DNA from: Raja brachyura
Taxonomy: Eukaryota
Assembly (NCBI GenBank): GCA_963514005.1
Contig: CAUPSL010000040.1
Coordinates: 1-59,551 of the forward strand
Direction: 5' to 3'
DNA length: 59,551 bases
Under the pieces are notes generated by a model. That model was not told the DNA's origin and searched no databases. It was given only the letters and a program-made list of their open reading frames with translations. A program made the position numbers and the translations under genes. This document shows, piece after piece, positions 12,526 through 26,664 of the stretch (positions are counted from its first letter, which is position 1; every line of letters starts with the position of its first letter).

Positions 12526-13774
12526 CTGTAATAAAGCACACGTAGCCAAATTGTTCACATATCTCATGATTATTTCATATATCATTCTGTATAATATGCA
12601 CGTTCTAAACACACGGAGAAAATGTGATATCTCGTCGGGAAGGATGTTGCTAATAGGAGCCACTTAGACAGCAAAGATAGTCGGCAAATGTATCGATTTT
12701 ACTTTGGGAAACAAACACCTTAGTGGTGTACTGAAACATGTTTGCATGTGTCTATTTAGTGCTGGAATCGTGCAGGACGTCAAATGTTGACGATAATTTT
12801 CACAATTAGCATATTAAGATACATGTGTGGTTAGTGGGTGAAATGGGTGCACATTAGGGTAGAACAGAAAAGAGAGAAGGGACGTTGGAGTGTCGGCGTG
12901 TTGCATAAAATTTTAGAATATCTCGGTCGATTGCACAATTCTGATATAACAATTTTCGAAAATAACATTGTAGCCTCAATGACAGTTCAAGACAAAGCTA
13001 ATATATGGTATAGTTCATTTTGACATTATTTTGACAATATTAGGTAACACCCCTAACGCCACTGTCGCACCCCCCTCCCCAACTTTCTTGACCCTACTGT
13101 GCTCTCGTGACTCCCATTATTGTGTCCTTTCTTCTCCATCAACCGCTCTTACCGTCCATTCCAATCCACCTACATACTTCCCTCTGGCTTCACATTTCAC
13201 TCATCCACTCTTCTTATTAGACACCCGTTTTCCTTGTTTACAATTCTGACTTTTGTCCACAAATTTGTATATCACCCCCCCCCCCCCCCCACCGCTCAAC
13301 TGTACCGATCGAACTGTTACTAGACTCTGTTCTACTTCCACCCCTTTCTCTGTTTTGTCCACCGCACTGATCTGTCTGAAGAGGCGTCAGATCCGAAACG
13401 CCGCACGACCTTGGCCTCCAGAGCTGCTGTCTGACGAGAGTTACTCAACTGCTCAGAACTCTTGTAAGCCAGACTCTACATCCCCCGGTGTCTTTCTTTA
13501 TCGTGCGAACAAATATCTATCGCTTGCATCCAATCCTAATTCTCTTTGCGAGATGTATTTAAATGTTTCGATATTAACTAACGGCGTTTTCTGTTGCAGA
13601 CTATTAAGCAGCTGTGTGCGGAAGATAGTTGTGCACCTGGATTTTTCATTATTTTACGTGTGCCAACGACGCTACGACATCGAAAACGGTCAAATATGTA
13701 ACGCTCTGGACTGTACAAACATGTTATGCAACTCGGAAGACCACAGAACTAGGAACATGCAGTGGACAATAACG

Positions 13775-15536
13775 GCAATTACATTAAAGAGCCAGAATAG
13801 ACATCTATCTGCAGAGCCAAAAGAGATGGGGGAGATATTGAACAATGTATTTTCACCGGTATTCACCAAGGAGAAGGATATTGAACTCTGTGCGGTAAGG
13901 GGAAAAAAGTACAGTAGCTATGGAAACTATGAGATTCAAAGAGGATGAAGTACTGACACTTTTGAAAAATATAAAGTGAATAATTCTCCAGGTCCTGACA
14001 GGATATTCCCTAGGACATTGAGGGAAGTTAGTGTAGAAATAGCAGGGGCTATGACAGAAATATTTCAAATGTCATTAGAAACGAGAATAGTGCCGGAGGA
14101 TTGGTGCGCATGTTGTTCCATTGTTTAAAAAGGGTTCAAAGAATAAACCTAGCAATTATAGACCTATTAGTTTGACGTCAGTGGTGGGCAAATTAATGGA
14201 AAGGATACTCAGAGATAATATATATAAGCATTTGGATAAACAGGGTCTGATCAGGAACAGTTAACATGGATTTGTAACTGGAAGGTCATGTTTGACAAAC
14301 CTTCTTGAATTTTTTGTAGAGGTTACTAGGGAAATTGATGAGGGTAAAGCAGTGGACGTTGTCTATACGGATTTCAGTAAGGCCTTTGACAAGGTTCCCC
14401 ATGGAAGGTTGGTTAAGAACGTTCAATCTTTAGGTGTTAATGGCAGAGAAGCAAGATGGATTCAACAGTGGCTGAATGGGAGATGCCAGAGAGTAATGGT
14501 GGATGGCTGATTGTCAGGTTGGAAGCCGGTGACCAGTGGGGTGCCCCAGCGGTCTGTGTTGGGTCCGCTGTTGTTTGTCATGTACATCAATGATCTGAAT
14601 GATGGGGTGAAAAATTGGATAAGTAAGTATGCAGATGATATTAAGATAGATGGTGTTGTGGATAATGAAGTAGATTTTCAAAGTCCACAGAGAGATTTGG
14701 GCCATTTGGAAGAGTGGGCTGAAAGATGCAGATGGAGTTTAATGCTGATAAGTGTGAGGTGCCACATCTTGGCAGGCTAAATCAAAATAGAACGTACATG
14801 GTAAATGGTAGGGAAGTGAGGAATGCTGTGGAACAGAGGGACCTAGGAATAAATATGCATAGTTCCCTGTAGGTGGAATCGCAGGTAGATAGGGTGGTAA
14901 AGAAAGCTTTTGGTGTGCTGGCCTTTATAAATCAGAGCATCGAATATAGGAGTAGGGACATAATGTTAAAATTGTACAAGTCATTGGTGAGACCAATTCT
15001 GGAGTATGGTGTACAATTTTGTTCGCCTTATTATAGGAAGGATATCAACAAAATAGAGAGGGTACAGAGGAGATTTACTAGAATGTTGCCTCGGTTCCAG
15101 CATCTATGTTACAGAGAAAGTTTGAACAAGTTAGGTCTTTATTCTTTGGAGCGCAGAAGGTTAAGGGGGGACTTGATTGAGGTCTTCAAAATGATGAAAG
15201 GGATAGACAGAGTTGACGTGGATTAGCTTTTCCCATTGAGGGAAGGGAAGAATCAAACAAGTGGGCATGACATGAGAAATATGGGACAGAAGTTTAGGGG
15301 TAACGTGAGGGGAAACCTCTTTACTAAGAGAGTGGTGGCTGTGTGGAATGAGCTTCCAGCAGAAGTGGTGGAGGCAGGATCGATTTTAACATTTAAAAGT
15401 AAAGTGGATAGCGTGGAAGGGAATGGAGGGGTATGGTCTGTGCAGATAGATGGGACTAGGGGAAAAGAAATGTTCGGCACAGACTGGAAGTGCCAAGAGG
15501 GCCTGTTTCCGTGCTGTAATTGTTATATGGTTATAT
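13775..15536 (+). mobile_element. CR1 LINE, 5'-truncated
   Basis: RT fragments 14292-14780, RPILEYGVQF, 3' tail TTATATGGTTATATG. Confidence 0.93.
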
Positions 15537-16619
15537 GTATAAAAGTAAATACAAAACTCAAATATCAATAATTTCTTCAATAGAATGCTGGAAAGAAATT
15601 GACATCGTTAACCACCTTCTTTCCAGCATTCAGACTTCCCTTCAGATTTTGATTACTCTCAATGATCATATTCGGTGATAAAATAAAATATGTGCATCGT
15701 ACTGTAGTGCATAAGCAATTCAGTGCTGGAGCGCACCAATAAATTTGCTGGCTGCAATTCGTTGGCAATTTCATGACTAATTGTGCAGACATTGTCTTCC
15801 TAACTTGACTGCAAATCCAACATTGAATACTTGCAACAGTACGGACGAACTTAACAACGGCACTTTACGCGGGCGATATACCGTATGAAACCACCATCAG
15901 ATGAAACGACATATTTATTGTATGCATAAAATATTAATTGTTATTAAATCCCTTGAGTTTTAATGTGTCCCGTGTCTCTCCCCAACAATCGTCTACATGC
16001 AGCATTATTTTGACTGAATTACCAAAATGGTATAAGTTAGCATATGTGGCAGAATAGATAATAGGTAGATAATTTGTTTCTCCAGATCAGTACTATGTGC
16101 ATTTATGTATTCAGAGATTGTATAATGCAGAATATTGCCGGTGTCAGGAAGCAGATGAGCTCCCACGCGATTTTGATTTGGTCTACATTCAAAAACGTAT
16201 CGGCCATCCAAAATGAATATGATTCTATCGTCACGGACTTAGTAAGTATGCGCGCAATTGAAAACAAATAACTATATGTGTTCCCCATCTAAAAACCATT
16301 GAACTACCGTGAAATCAATTATCTACGAAATGTCCAGTCTCTGGCGTTCAGGGAGGATAAACTTGTCCGGCACAATGACTCGAGATATAATGTTTTCAAC
16401 GCCGCAAAGCATGTCAAGACAAAATATAGAACAAAGTCAGAGGCCTTGTCAGATTTTGCGGAGAAGGCTTGATTGTGGCAAGATTGCATGCTATAACGGG
16501 ATACCAAATGAAGTCGATCAGTATCACTGGCAACATCGCATCCTCATCGAAGAGTGAACTGAAAGTCGGGAGGTGACATGACATCACTCCGCCCGGCAGG
16601 TCAGGATGGTTAGAATCAA

Positions 16620-17900
16620 GAGTCAAATAATCATGGAGTGATACAGTGTGGAAACAGGCCCTTCTGCCCAACTTGCCCACAACGGCCAACTTGTCTCAGC
16701 TACACCAATCCCATCTGCCTGCGTTGGGTCAATTTGCCTTCAAACTCATCCTATCCATGTACCTGTCCACCTGTTTATTAAACTTTGCAGCAGTACCTGC
16801 CTCACCTACCTCCTCAGGCAGGTCATTCCATACACTCACCAATCTTCGTGTGAAAAATTTCCTTCAGAATCCAATTAAATCGTTTCCCCTTCATCTTAAA
16901 CCTATGTGCTGTGGTCCTCGATTCCCCCACTCCGGGTAAAATAATATTTGTATGTTCCCGATCTATTCCTCTGATAAGTGTATACACCTCAATAAGACCA
17001 CCCCTTATTTGCATGCGTTCCATGGAATGGCGACCCAGCCTACTAAATCTCCTGCAAATTATCAAACACCTTAGTCCTGGCAAATTTTCGTAAATCTTCT
17101 CTGAACTCTTTCAAGCATGACAATATCTTTCATACAACATCGTTAACTGAACTGAACACGATGATCTAAATGTGGTCACACCAAAGTCTTATGTAACTGC
17201 AACATGAACTTCCAAATATAATATTCAATACTCTAACTGATGAAGGCCAATGAGCCAATTGCCTTTTTCACCACCTTTTCTGCATGCGTCTCGACATTCA
17301 AGGAACCATGCGCCTGCACTCCGAGTTTACTCTGCTTTACAACTCTCGTGCACTGTGTTGGTCTTGCCCTGTTCGACGGCCAACATGCAACACCGCACAT
17401 TTATCTGTATTAAATCTCATCGACCATTCCTCAGCCCATTTGTCCAATCGACCAAGATTCTGCTACAATTATTCACAACCTTCTCCACTATCTGCAACCC
17501 CCCACATTTGTATCATCAGCAAACGTGCTAATCCTGCTCAGAATGTTCTCATCCAAATTCCCAGCACCGAACCCTGAGGCCCACTAGCCACAGGCCTCCA
17601 GTCAGAAAACCAACCTTCCACCATCACCATCTTCTGCCTTCCATGAAACTATTTTGCCATCATTCATCTCTCCCAGGACCCCACGCGAGCTAACCTTCCA
17701 GAACAACCTACCATGCCTTACTGAAATCCATGTATACAACATTTATAGGTCGGCCCTCAATGAATCTATTGGCCACATCTTCGAAAAAACTTAATCAGAT
17801 TAATGAGACACGACCTTCCCCGTACAAAACCATGCTGACTATCCCAAATCAGTCCTTGCCCATCCAAATACCTGTATAACCTATCCTTCAGAATACTCAC
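16620..17900 (-). mobile_element. CR1 LINE, old and fragmented
   Basis: Minus ORFs: DSQHGFVRGRSCLINLIKFF; ERMQIRGGLIEVYTLIRGID. Confidence 0.85.
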
Positions 17901-19536
17901 CAGGTGCCTTGCTCTGAAACGGGATCCTACATTACCTAAACAATAGCCTGCAATCCACAAGGACATGCGACATCATTTCATCCGCTATATTCGTCAATCA
18001 GTATATTCGTAGCCGCAGGCCAAATTAAGATCTAATTGAATTCAGAAGCTTGCAGAAGACACCAGCATAATGACGCAACAAGGAGTGGTAGCGTACGCAG
18101 TGAAGATTGTGAGCAACTCTTACAACAGGCCCTTAAACAGCATGACAAGTGAACTGAATAGTGCCGGAACAATGGATTTTAATGCAACTGACTGCGAAGT
18201 TTTGCGTATTGAGAAGGCAAACATGGACAGAACATTCACAGTGGATGATAGCGACCTTAAGAGTGTTGCAGAGCAGAGACAATATGAGTACAGGTACATA
18301 GCTCACTATAATTACGTGCAGCCAAATTCAATAATATTTTCTGACCCGCAATTATTGAACTCTTCAATAAGCCTCGGTATGGAATGCATGCTTTCGCGAT
18401 CTGACGATCTAATCCCTTTCAATCCTTCTACCCTTTTCTCTACACATTCTCTCTAACTGCAACAATGTGATGTGCGCTGTGTTCTTTTACTCCCTTCTAC
18501 TAATTTGATGCACCTGCTTTCACTAAATGGCACGCAAATTAAATATGTTGTCACAATGTTGGCAATGGTATGTCTAGCCTGTACTAATACCTTTACCAAA
18601 CATTACATTCATTTTGAGAAAGCATGTATTTTTTTGAATTTGGTTGAATAATGCTGTCAAAAAAATAGTTCATGTGTATATCGTAAGGCACGCATTTGTT
18701 TTATTCCCGCCCACTGATGTCAGAAAAAACACCGGACGGGTAAATTGTTCTGGTAGCCGTAACATTATTAAATTCATTTTGAAAACCATATTAAAGAAAG
18801 AACATAATGCTTTTAGATATAGGCTTCACATTTATACGGCGTTTCAATAAAACCGAATGCCAGAGTAACACGTTTAGCCGAACTGCTGAGCCATGCACAG
18901 GTTGGTAAATTGCAATGGCGGTCATAAAAATACAGATAACAGATAGAAACGGGGAAATACGATGGTGCGCTAATTAGAATAGTTTACAAGGGAAATCAAC
19001 ACGCGAATATATGCAGTCAATTGGATTCCACGAAAAAATCCAACTTTTGTCACAAGAAAACAACGGAGGGGTGTACGTTGAAACATCTAAACACACAAAG
19101 CGTCACAATCTCATTATTTGGAAATAAAACCTTTTAAGTGTACATTATTTAATGGAATAAACAACATGATGCACAGCTATGATCATTTATAGCGAAGCAG
19201 GGGTGCCAGGCAAAAAAAAAACTACGCTTACTGTAAATCAACTTGAAAATGGCCAAACGAAAATTGGGATATCAAGGTGGGAGTATTTCTTCTATAACTT
19301 AGATCCACAGGAATTAACGTGATGTCGGTTTGATGGAAATTCAAAAGGCTATAAATATTGTTGACGTCAAAGACAAGGAAGTTTAATTTATATAATTGAA
19401 GATTTCCGCATATGAGTGCATGCAATTGCCAGCATTGGTGTGAACCGCAGAGGAAAAGGGCGGCATGAATCAACATATTTTACTCTTTTATAACAACAAT
19501 CCATAGCGCTTTTCTAAGCGCCATGTTACCACATAC

Positions 19537-19560
19537 TTATCAACTGATTCTCCAGTGTCC
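19537..19560 (-). CDS. Candidate micro-exon, 24 nt, (G)TLENQLI
   Basis: cgatcag|GGACACTGGAGAATCAGTTGATAA|gtatgt; weak pyrimidine tract. Confidence 0.35.
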
Positions 19561-19696
19561 CTGATCGTTGAGGCCGTGTCAATACTCTGATGCTTCCTTC
19601 TCGTCCTTTCAATAAAAAGTGTCAACAAATCAATGGAGTGCTTCAGTCTATGATCCGTTCATGTGTAGCCTTGATAAATAATTGCTGGTATCTTAC

Positions 19697-19714
19697 CTAT
19701 GTCGCTTCTGCCTT
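19697..19714 (-). CDS. Micro-exon, 18 nt, (E)GRSDI
   Basis: ttttttctcag|AAGGCAGAAGCGACATAG|gtaaga; very strong splice sites. Confidence 0.7.
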   Translation of the reverse strand, partial: KAEAT

Positions 19715-21117
19715 CTGAGAAAAAATATGTAAATGTGAAACGATAAAATACAATCTAGAATTTAGTAGACTGCAACTAGTTATACCTACTAACTTACCGT
19801 TTGATTTGCCAGTTGTGATGTAATAAGATAACAGGAAATTGACTTTCCAATCATTAAAGAACAATGAAATGCGAACCTAATACGCATATTTAATTAAACT
19901 AGATGCTTTGATGGGGGGAGTAGAATCACTTGTAAACAACATTGGTTTATTTGTTTTGCTCAATACAAATCCATATTATGCGTATCCAAATCACTGCCTT
20001 TACACATTTCCAATTTTGTCTTGCATTGCAATCTGAAATATTGCTTCAGCAACATTAGTCAATATCTTCATTTACAAAACCAATTTCGTTCAAATGTAAG
20101 TTTAAACGTCAATAATAAAATGTCACAAAATTACGCAGCCGCTCGAGGCGCTTTATTTTGACAGTCCCATCTTGTAACGCATTAATTGATGTTTGTGGGC
20201 TCATTACCGTTATGATAGAGTGCCATTTTGTAAGCGCCGAAGCAACAATCATCAATAACATTTAATCACTTCACTGAACGTAAGAAGCCTCTTTTGGCTT
20301 AAACCGTTATTTCAAAGAAAATTTGGAAAACTCTGAATTAATAGGTTAAGCAGACATTTTGAAGATGAATCAATCTGACACGTGTTTTATTCGTCCTCCT
20401 CTAAAGGTCGTGTATAATATTAAAATTGCTTGCAAAATAATATTAATCGTATCAATATTAATAATGACTATAAGTGTAATTCTCCGTTTAATATTCATGC
20501 AAACATCCCTTTGCATTTCTTCTATTCAGTCCCATATAGAGACAGTTTAAAACCAATATCGTACAAGGAAATATATATTCTAACTTCCAGAAGTACATTT
20601 TTTAAAAATATTCTAGCATTATTGGAACATGATTCAATCGCAGAATGTTCAATGTGTTTTGAAAGCACCACATTCTATATAACACACTGATAAACCTTCA
20701 GTTATTTCATTGGCCATTTTGCTCATAAGGCCAAAGTAACGAATAGATAAGAATACGAACGAAATAAATGGGTTCTCATTAATTTTCATGCCTTTTGTCC
20801 TTCGCAAATAAATAATGAACAGCAAATGTGTATAATAATAACTCCAACGCACTGTGAAATAAAAACGATGATGCTCATTCATCTTTAAAGGTTTGTTGAA
20901 AATTAAGGCAAATATTTTAACTGAAAGTGCATACCCTACATAAGGAAATTGACGTTTACGTACAGAGAGACCAAGTAACCAATTATTAATTACGTCAGCC
21001 ACGGGAGACATTAGCATCCCACCATGAAGCAATTAGCGCAAGAATTTTTTTTCTGTTTGAATGCAGAATTGAGACAACAGCGTAGTTGTAATCTAGAATA
21101 ATTAATAATGTCCTTAC

Positions 21118-21150
21118 CGTTTGACACCTTTAACTTGAGAATTTCAATCT
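21118..21150 (-). CDS. Micro-exon, 33 nt, (E)IEILKLKVSN
   Basis: tttcgtttcataag|AGATTGAAATTCTCAAGTTAAAGGTGTCAAACG|gtaagg. Confidence 0.75.
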
Positions 21151-22090
21151 CTTATGAAACGAAATATAACACACCAGATTATTCCATATGAATTAATTAG
21201 AATTTAGAAGAATACGTCTTTAAATCGTCAATAACCACAGCTATTTGTAGCATAGTGTTTAAATGATCAGACTCACACAAAGGGAGTAGAACCGGTAGTA
21301 TTTTATTGGTAAATCTACGGAGGAACCACTATGTGGGTTGGTCTCAATGGCAGACAGCTGATCTAAGAGGGAAAGAGAGTCAGATAACGCAGGCGTATGG
21401 GCGGCGGTAGGGATGATGCTCCGGAATGGATTTCATAAGGAATGTGCAGCATGCATAATCTGTAAGACAATATATATATAGTATGTATCAATAAACTGTA
21501 GGAAGTTCAAATAAATCCCGGGTGATTTACGGTGGCTTACAGATGCGACCCGCATGCATGTGGTCGACCTGCACCTTCTCCGGCCACCCATGGCGCGATA
21601 GGCGCAGGAGATCTAAACAGCATTCCCGTTGATGAAACGGGTGACATTGGCACAGGCGGAGACGCTGTGGCCATAGGTGAAGTGACCGGATCAGAAACGG
21701 ATGATCATGTTGGTATGGTCGGACCGATGCAGCTGTATGGGGATGGAAGTATACCTGTGCGGTCAAGATAATACGGAGGTGGTGATGGTTTATTCACAGA
21801 CAGGATGTGCTGCCTATTACGTTTGTCGGTGCGGCCATCGCCTTTGATCAAATATGAACGTGGCTCGGAGGCAGCTCCAGAAATTACACCGAGGCGATCG
21901 TGCCCTTTGTCTGTTTGCAGCCGCACAACCTGCCCTCGGCTAGTGGTGGATGTGGTCTGCTCGTCTTGACAAACCAACCTTTTTGAACGTCGCGCTTTTG
22001 TTGTAGACTGGACTGGAGTCTGATGGTGGGAACACATGCGGTACCAGTGCCTGTTTCGTAACAGACAATGTGGCCCGGTTCTGCCTTGCC

Positions 22091-22450
22091 TTAGAACGGA
22101 GACGAGGAAGCACTTTTTCTTCAGAACGGAGACGAGGAAACACTTTTTCTTCGAACGGAGACGAGGAAACACATTTTTCTTTAGAACGGAGACGAGGAAA
22201 CGCTTGGTCTCACAGAGAGTGGTGAGTCTGTGGAATTAGCTGCCTCAGATGGCGGTGGGGGCAGTTTCTCTGGATGCTTTCAAGAGGGATCTGGATAGGG
22301 CTCTTAAAAATACCGGAGTCAGGGGATATGGGGAGGAGGCAGGAACGCGGTACTAATTATGGATAATCAGCCATGATCACATTGAATGGCGGTGCTGGCT
22401 CGAAGGGCGAAATGGCCTACCACTGCACCTATTGTCTATTGTCTATTGTC
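22091..22450 (+). mobile_element. CR1 3' fragment nested in the Gypsy integrase region, with 4 x 30-bp tandem unit at its 5' junction
   Basis: Units at 22091, 22121, 22151, 22181 (TTAGAACGGAGACGAGGAAACACTTTTTCT-like), then CR1 3' UTR and (TATTGTC)n tail. Confidence 0.9.
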
Positions 22451-25400
22451 TTTTGTCATCAGACGTTGAGCGGGTGGACCAAATATCGGATCGCGGGAGA
22501 TATTGCGCAGATTGAGCAAGTCCAGTTACACGTCTGATTTTGTTCTGTTGGACTGCTCCTTCAATTGTTGCCACTCATGACGGCACGTTCAACAAGGCCA
22601 TTCGACTACGGGTATTTGGGGCTGCTGGTGATGTGACGAAAACACCAGCGTGTTGCAAAGCTTTTGAAGTACCAGCTGGCAAATTGACTGACATTATCAG
22701 ACAATAGTTGATACGGAGACCCACAGTCAGAGAAATGGCGTGCCTACTTTTGGACTACCCCTGCAGAGGTGTGGCTGGTGAGTAGATCGCTGTCAAACTA
22801 TCCGGAATACGAGTCGCCTAGAAGCATCTATTGCTTGCCATGCCACTCCACCATTGCGGACCGTGGGAGATCGGGAACCGCGATTGAGAGATGTGGCTGC
22901 TTTTGTTGGTGTGGTGCCAAACTATTGCACACTGCACAGTATTTCACTTTCTCATGACAATGTCAGGCCAAAATAAACCTGCATTTCGCTCGTAGGACAG
23001 TTGTCACGGCGCCTGGGTGCCCCGCATGGACAGCATGAAGGTACTTGCTGTTTAAGGAGGCAGGAGCTACAGATTTTTTGCCATTCACGGTAATGCCTTC
23101 GTGTAGTACTCGTTCGTCACGAATGGCAAAGAAGGGCCGGATTGGGAGTGGTAGATTGTATTGCTTGTCGGGTCAAACGTGCTTAATTACGGTATCGTCG
23201 GCAGCAGTGTGGGTCACCAGGTGTTCCAAGCAGGACGAATAAACATAGGAGACAGTCATAACATGGAAACTCGCATCTGATGTGGATGAACCCACGTGGA
23301 GAACGTGACAGGGTCTCAGCCAGGTGCATGTGCTTGCCATGTTTGTAGGTTAGAACATTGTGATACATCTGTTGCTGTGTCAACATACGTTGTCCTTGAG
23401 AGGCGTGTATCGGTTTGCTCAGAAAGCTGATGGATTATCAGTCTCACTCGTGACATTTTTCCCGGTAATGAAGTCATTAAATTGCCTGCAAGTAAACACG
23501 AGCGCAAGCAGCTCCTATTCAATTTATGCGTAGCGTTTTTCTATATCCGTCAAGGTGTGAGAAGCATATGCAACAGGCCTGTTGCCAACACCGTTATCTT
23601 GGAGACAAGCTGTTCCTAAACCGTACTGCGAGGCATCACAAATCAGTCTACCATCAAAGTAGGAGAGGGTGGGGGAACGGGACATTTGTTGCTTGAGAGT
23701 GACAAACGCCCTCAGTTGTTGTTCATGCCAGGACCAAACAGTGTCTTTGTCGATTAGCTGGCGAAGTGTGGCCGATCAGTTCACTGATATTTGGAATGAA
23801 TTTCCCCAAGTAGTTTACCATGTCAAAGAATCTCTGCGCGTTGAGCACGCATGTGTGTGCTGATAACTCGTTGACTACAATAGTCTTTGATGGATCGGGT
23901 TTGAGGCCGCCATTAGTGCACACATGATCTCCGTAGTTCACCTCGTTTACTCTTAATTTGCACATTAGGGGGTTTCAAGTAAGGTTGATATCTTTAGCGC
24001 GTTCCATAACGTTCTTTAAGTTCGCGTCGTGTTCTTGGACAGTTTGTCTAGGAACAGGAATGTCATCAACTATGAGTGAGCAAGGGTAACCTGCAAATAA
24101 TTGTTCCATAGAGCACTGAAATACTTCACTTGCCGAGCTTATGCCGAATGGCGAAGGGAGACATTTTACCGTCCAAAGTGTGTTCTGAACGTGCTTAACG
24201 TGGAGGAATTGTGATCCGACGGAATGTGCCGGAATGAACTCTTGGCTTCGTGAACAGTGTATATAGTTGCCTTGCTCAGGTGCGCTGCAACCTCTTCCAC
24301 TGTGCTCATGGAAAAGTGTTGTCGTTTAATGACAGTCCCTCGGGCTGATGCAAATCCGTATTCCTTCCTTATTTTTTCGTTGCTACTACCATTTTTGAGA
24401 CGGATCCGATGGACAACGACAGGGGCAATCACACCCATAATCACCATTCATTCCACTTCACTTTGCACACGATCCTGCATAGCATGGTAAATCCGGTGTG
24501 CCGCACGAACAACTGGGAGGACATCTGGGTCTATTGTGATTGTGTATTTGATTAGCAACTTGCCCAGATTGTCGTCAAAAAGACTTCTGCATTGTGGCAG
24601 AATTTGTTGAGTGAAGCCACATGTAGCAGACAATTGATAAACTGATACAGTAAACGTGACCAGACCTTGGTCGTTAGGGCGTCAATGCCTAGCAGAGCAG
24701 GCGCTTTTACTCCGACAATAATGAAGCTCAGGTTGTGAACACATGCCTCCAGATGATACTGTAGCTCGACTTGGCCGACAAGGAGCACTGTACCTCCTGC
24801 AAATGGAAGTAAAGTGGCGGCAGATTGATGACTTAGTTTTTTTTCGGATTCTTTTGAGTTCTGATCAGGATAGAACGGTGCAACGAGCTCCAGTGTCAAG
24901 TTTGTCAATATCACTGATTTTGTTAATGAGGAGATTGATCATGGGAACTTGATGTTTACGAGACAAATCCGACAAGGAATGTATGTTTATATCTTGTCTC
25001 TCGATAGCAGGCAACATATTATCGTTTGTCGGAAGGTTGGTGTGGGCGGTAAGTGGGAAGGCTCCGACTGTAAGTTCTCTTGCTGGAGAAGGTGGACCGA
25101 TTCGCTTTGTATTCGCTATGTTCCCACGCGGGTGGCGACAACGGATGAAGTAATTCTTGCGTTTACAATAGTGGCAACGTTTCCATAGGCCGGGCATTGT
25201 TCACGAATGCCTGCATGCGAACCTCCACATTTCACGCAATTATTAGTGAACCTAACACCAGTTCTACAGGGCACTTGTGAAAGCTGGTAAAACGTGCCGG
25301 CAACGTTTATATCATAGGCAAAATGGGAACACTGCCCCAAAGACTTGGTGTGAGATTTTGTCATATCTGCAACACGACAACGATTGTCACCATTTTCCCG

Positions 25401-25986
25401 AGAAAGATCTACATCACGTAGAGGTTCATCACGCACCGTGTCATTGGGAATACCAGAAACCAGTCTGTAACATATCAGAGTATCACGTAGATTTTTAAAC
25501 CCGCACCGGTTGGCGATGATGTATTAAACAACTGTTGTTTGCTTCAACAGGCTCACCTTGCCCCTGGATGCGCGAAATGAATACGTGGCGCTCCTTCACG
25601 ATAATAAGCTTAGCTGACACAGCTGTCTCAACTTCTTCAGTAGGCAGATGGTGTATTATACAGATTCAGCCGGAACTAAATGGACACACGCATCATCCAA
25701 CTTAGCTGGGGAATAGTGAAATCTGCGAATACGTCGAGTGGCCTCTGTACCAGACAGATTTAGGAAAATGATTGGACGAACGTCTGAAGTAACGGCATGA
25801 TGCGCGGCATGGATATATATGGTAAAATGTTTTTAAAGATGTGCCCACGATCGGTGAAGTCACGATCGAACACTAAAGGTTCAGGCTTACGAAGTGTGCC
25901 AACCACAGTAAAACAACGAACTGAAGAAACAAAAGCAATCTATAGGAAACTGAAACTAACCGGGCGAGTAAATAGTCCTAGATGTG

Positions 25987-25994
25987 TGACACCA
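25987..25994 (-). promoter_or_regulatory. Primer-binding site remnant (TGGTGTCA, tRNA-Leu-type)
   Basis: Immediately follows the ...ACA end of the 5' LTR on the minus strand; only 8 nt match. Confidence 0.6.
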
Positions 25995-26433
25995 TGTACA
26001 AATGAACAGACTCACACAGATAGATTAGAAACCCTTGCTAATCAGTTAATCTTCTGAGGAAACACCACATGCTTTCATCTCCATGGCATACAGCTAATTT
26101 AAGAGGGAATGAGGGAGTTATATAAATATATATATATATATATATCGTAGAGACGCACGAATCTACACATATGTCACCATTCATGAGCATAATTCGTACG
26201 ATCTATGTTCTCCTTTTATGACGATGCATTTCGAAGCAACCGGAATATAGAGCAACATATGGAATTATTGCTGACCCGATAATGGTTGAATGTATATTTA
26301 TATGTTACCTATTCAGCCTTACGTGCGGCATGATTTGCTTACAATCAGATGCATTTTTTCGTGAATGTTTACTTGAATAGAAATATACTATGTATATTCT
26401 GAAATATATTCAGTGATAGAGAGTAGAAATTAC

Positions 26434-26460
26434 CTATATCTTTTGCAAGCATCTGTTTCA
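26434..26460 (-). CDS. Micro-exon, 27 nt, (M)KQMLAKDI
   Basis: cattcctacag|TGAAACAGATGCTTGCAAAAGATATAG|gtaatt. Confidence 0.75.
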
Positions 26461-26637
26461 CTGTAGGAATGATTAAAAGCATCAAAACATTAATATCCCC
26501 GATCATTAGGCAACACAACATAAAACAAAATAAACCAGATCGCTGCATCGCATGTACAATTTCCTGGACTACATAACTCATTTTGGTGCTTATTAATACT
26601 TAGCAAAATACGTTTATCTTAAAAGGTGTGTACTCAC

Positions 26638-26664
26638 TGCTCTCCGCAATAAGTTTTTCCAAAT
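26638..26664 (-). CDS. Micro-exon, 27 nt, (D)LEKLIAES
   Basis: tgattttag|ATTTGGAAAAACTTATTGCGGAGAGCA|gtgagt. Confidence 0.8.

Larger units (their letters stand above)
21256..26120 (-). mobile_element. Gypsy/Ty3 LTR retrotransposon, decayed (gag-PR-RT-RH-IN) with diverged LTRs
   Basis: Gag knuckles CVKCGGSHAGIREQC and CHYCKRKNY, protease KLDTGARC, RT region FGISSASEVFQ/IVDDI, integrase tail GRICKPP; LTR homology between 21256-21380 and 25995-26115 (both begin TGT..AAATGA.CAGACTCACACA). Confidence 0.9.

Noticed and set aside
22091-22210. CRISPR-like 30-bp repeat array
   Set aside because: Units are head-to-tail with no spacers, derive from CR1 sequence, and the context is eukaryotic.
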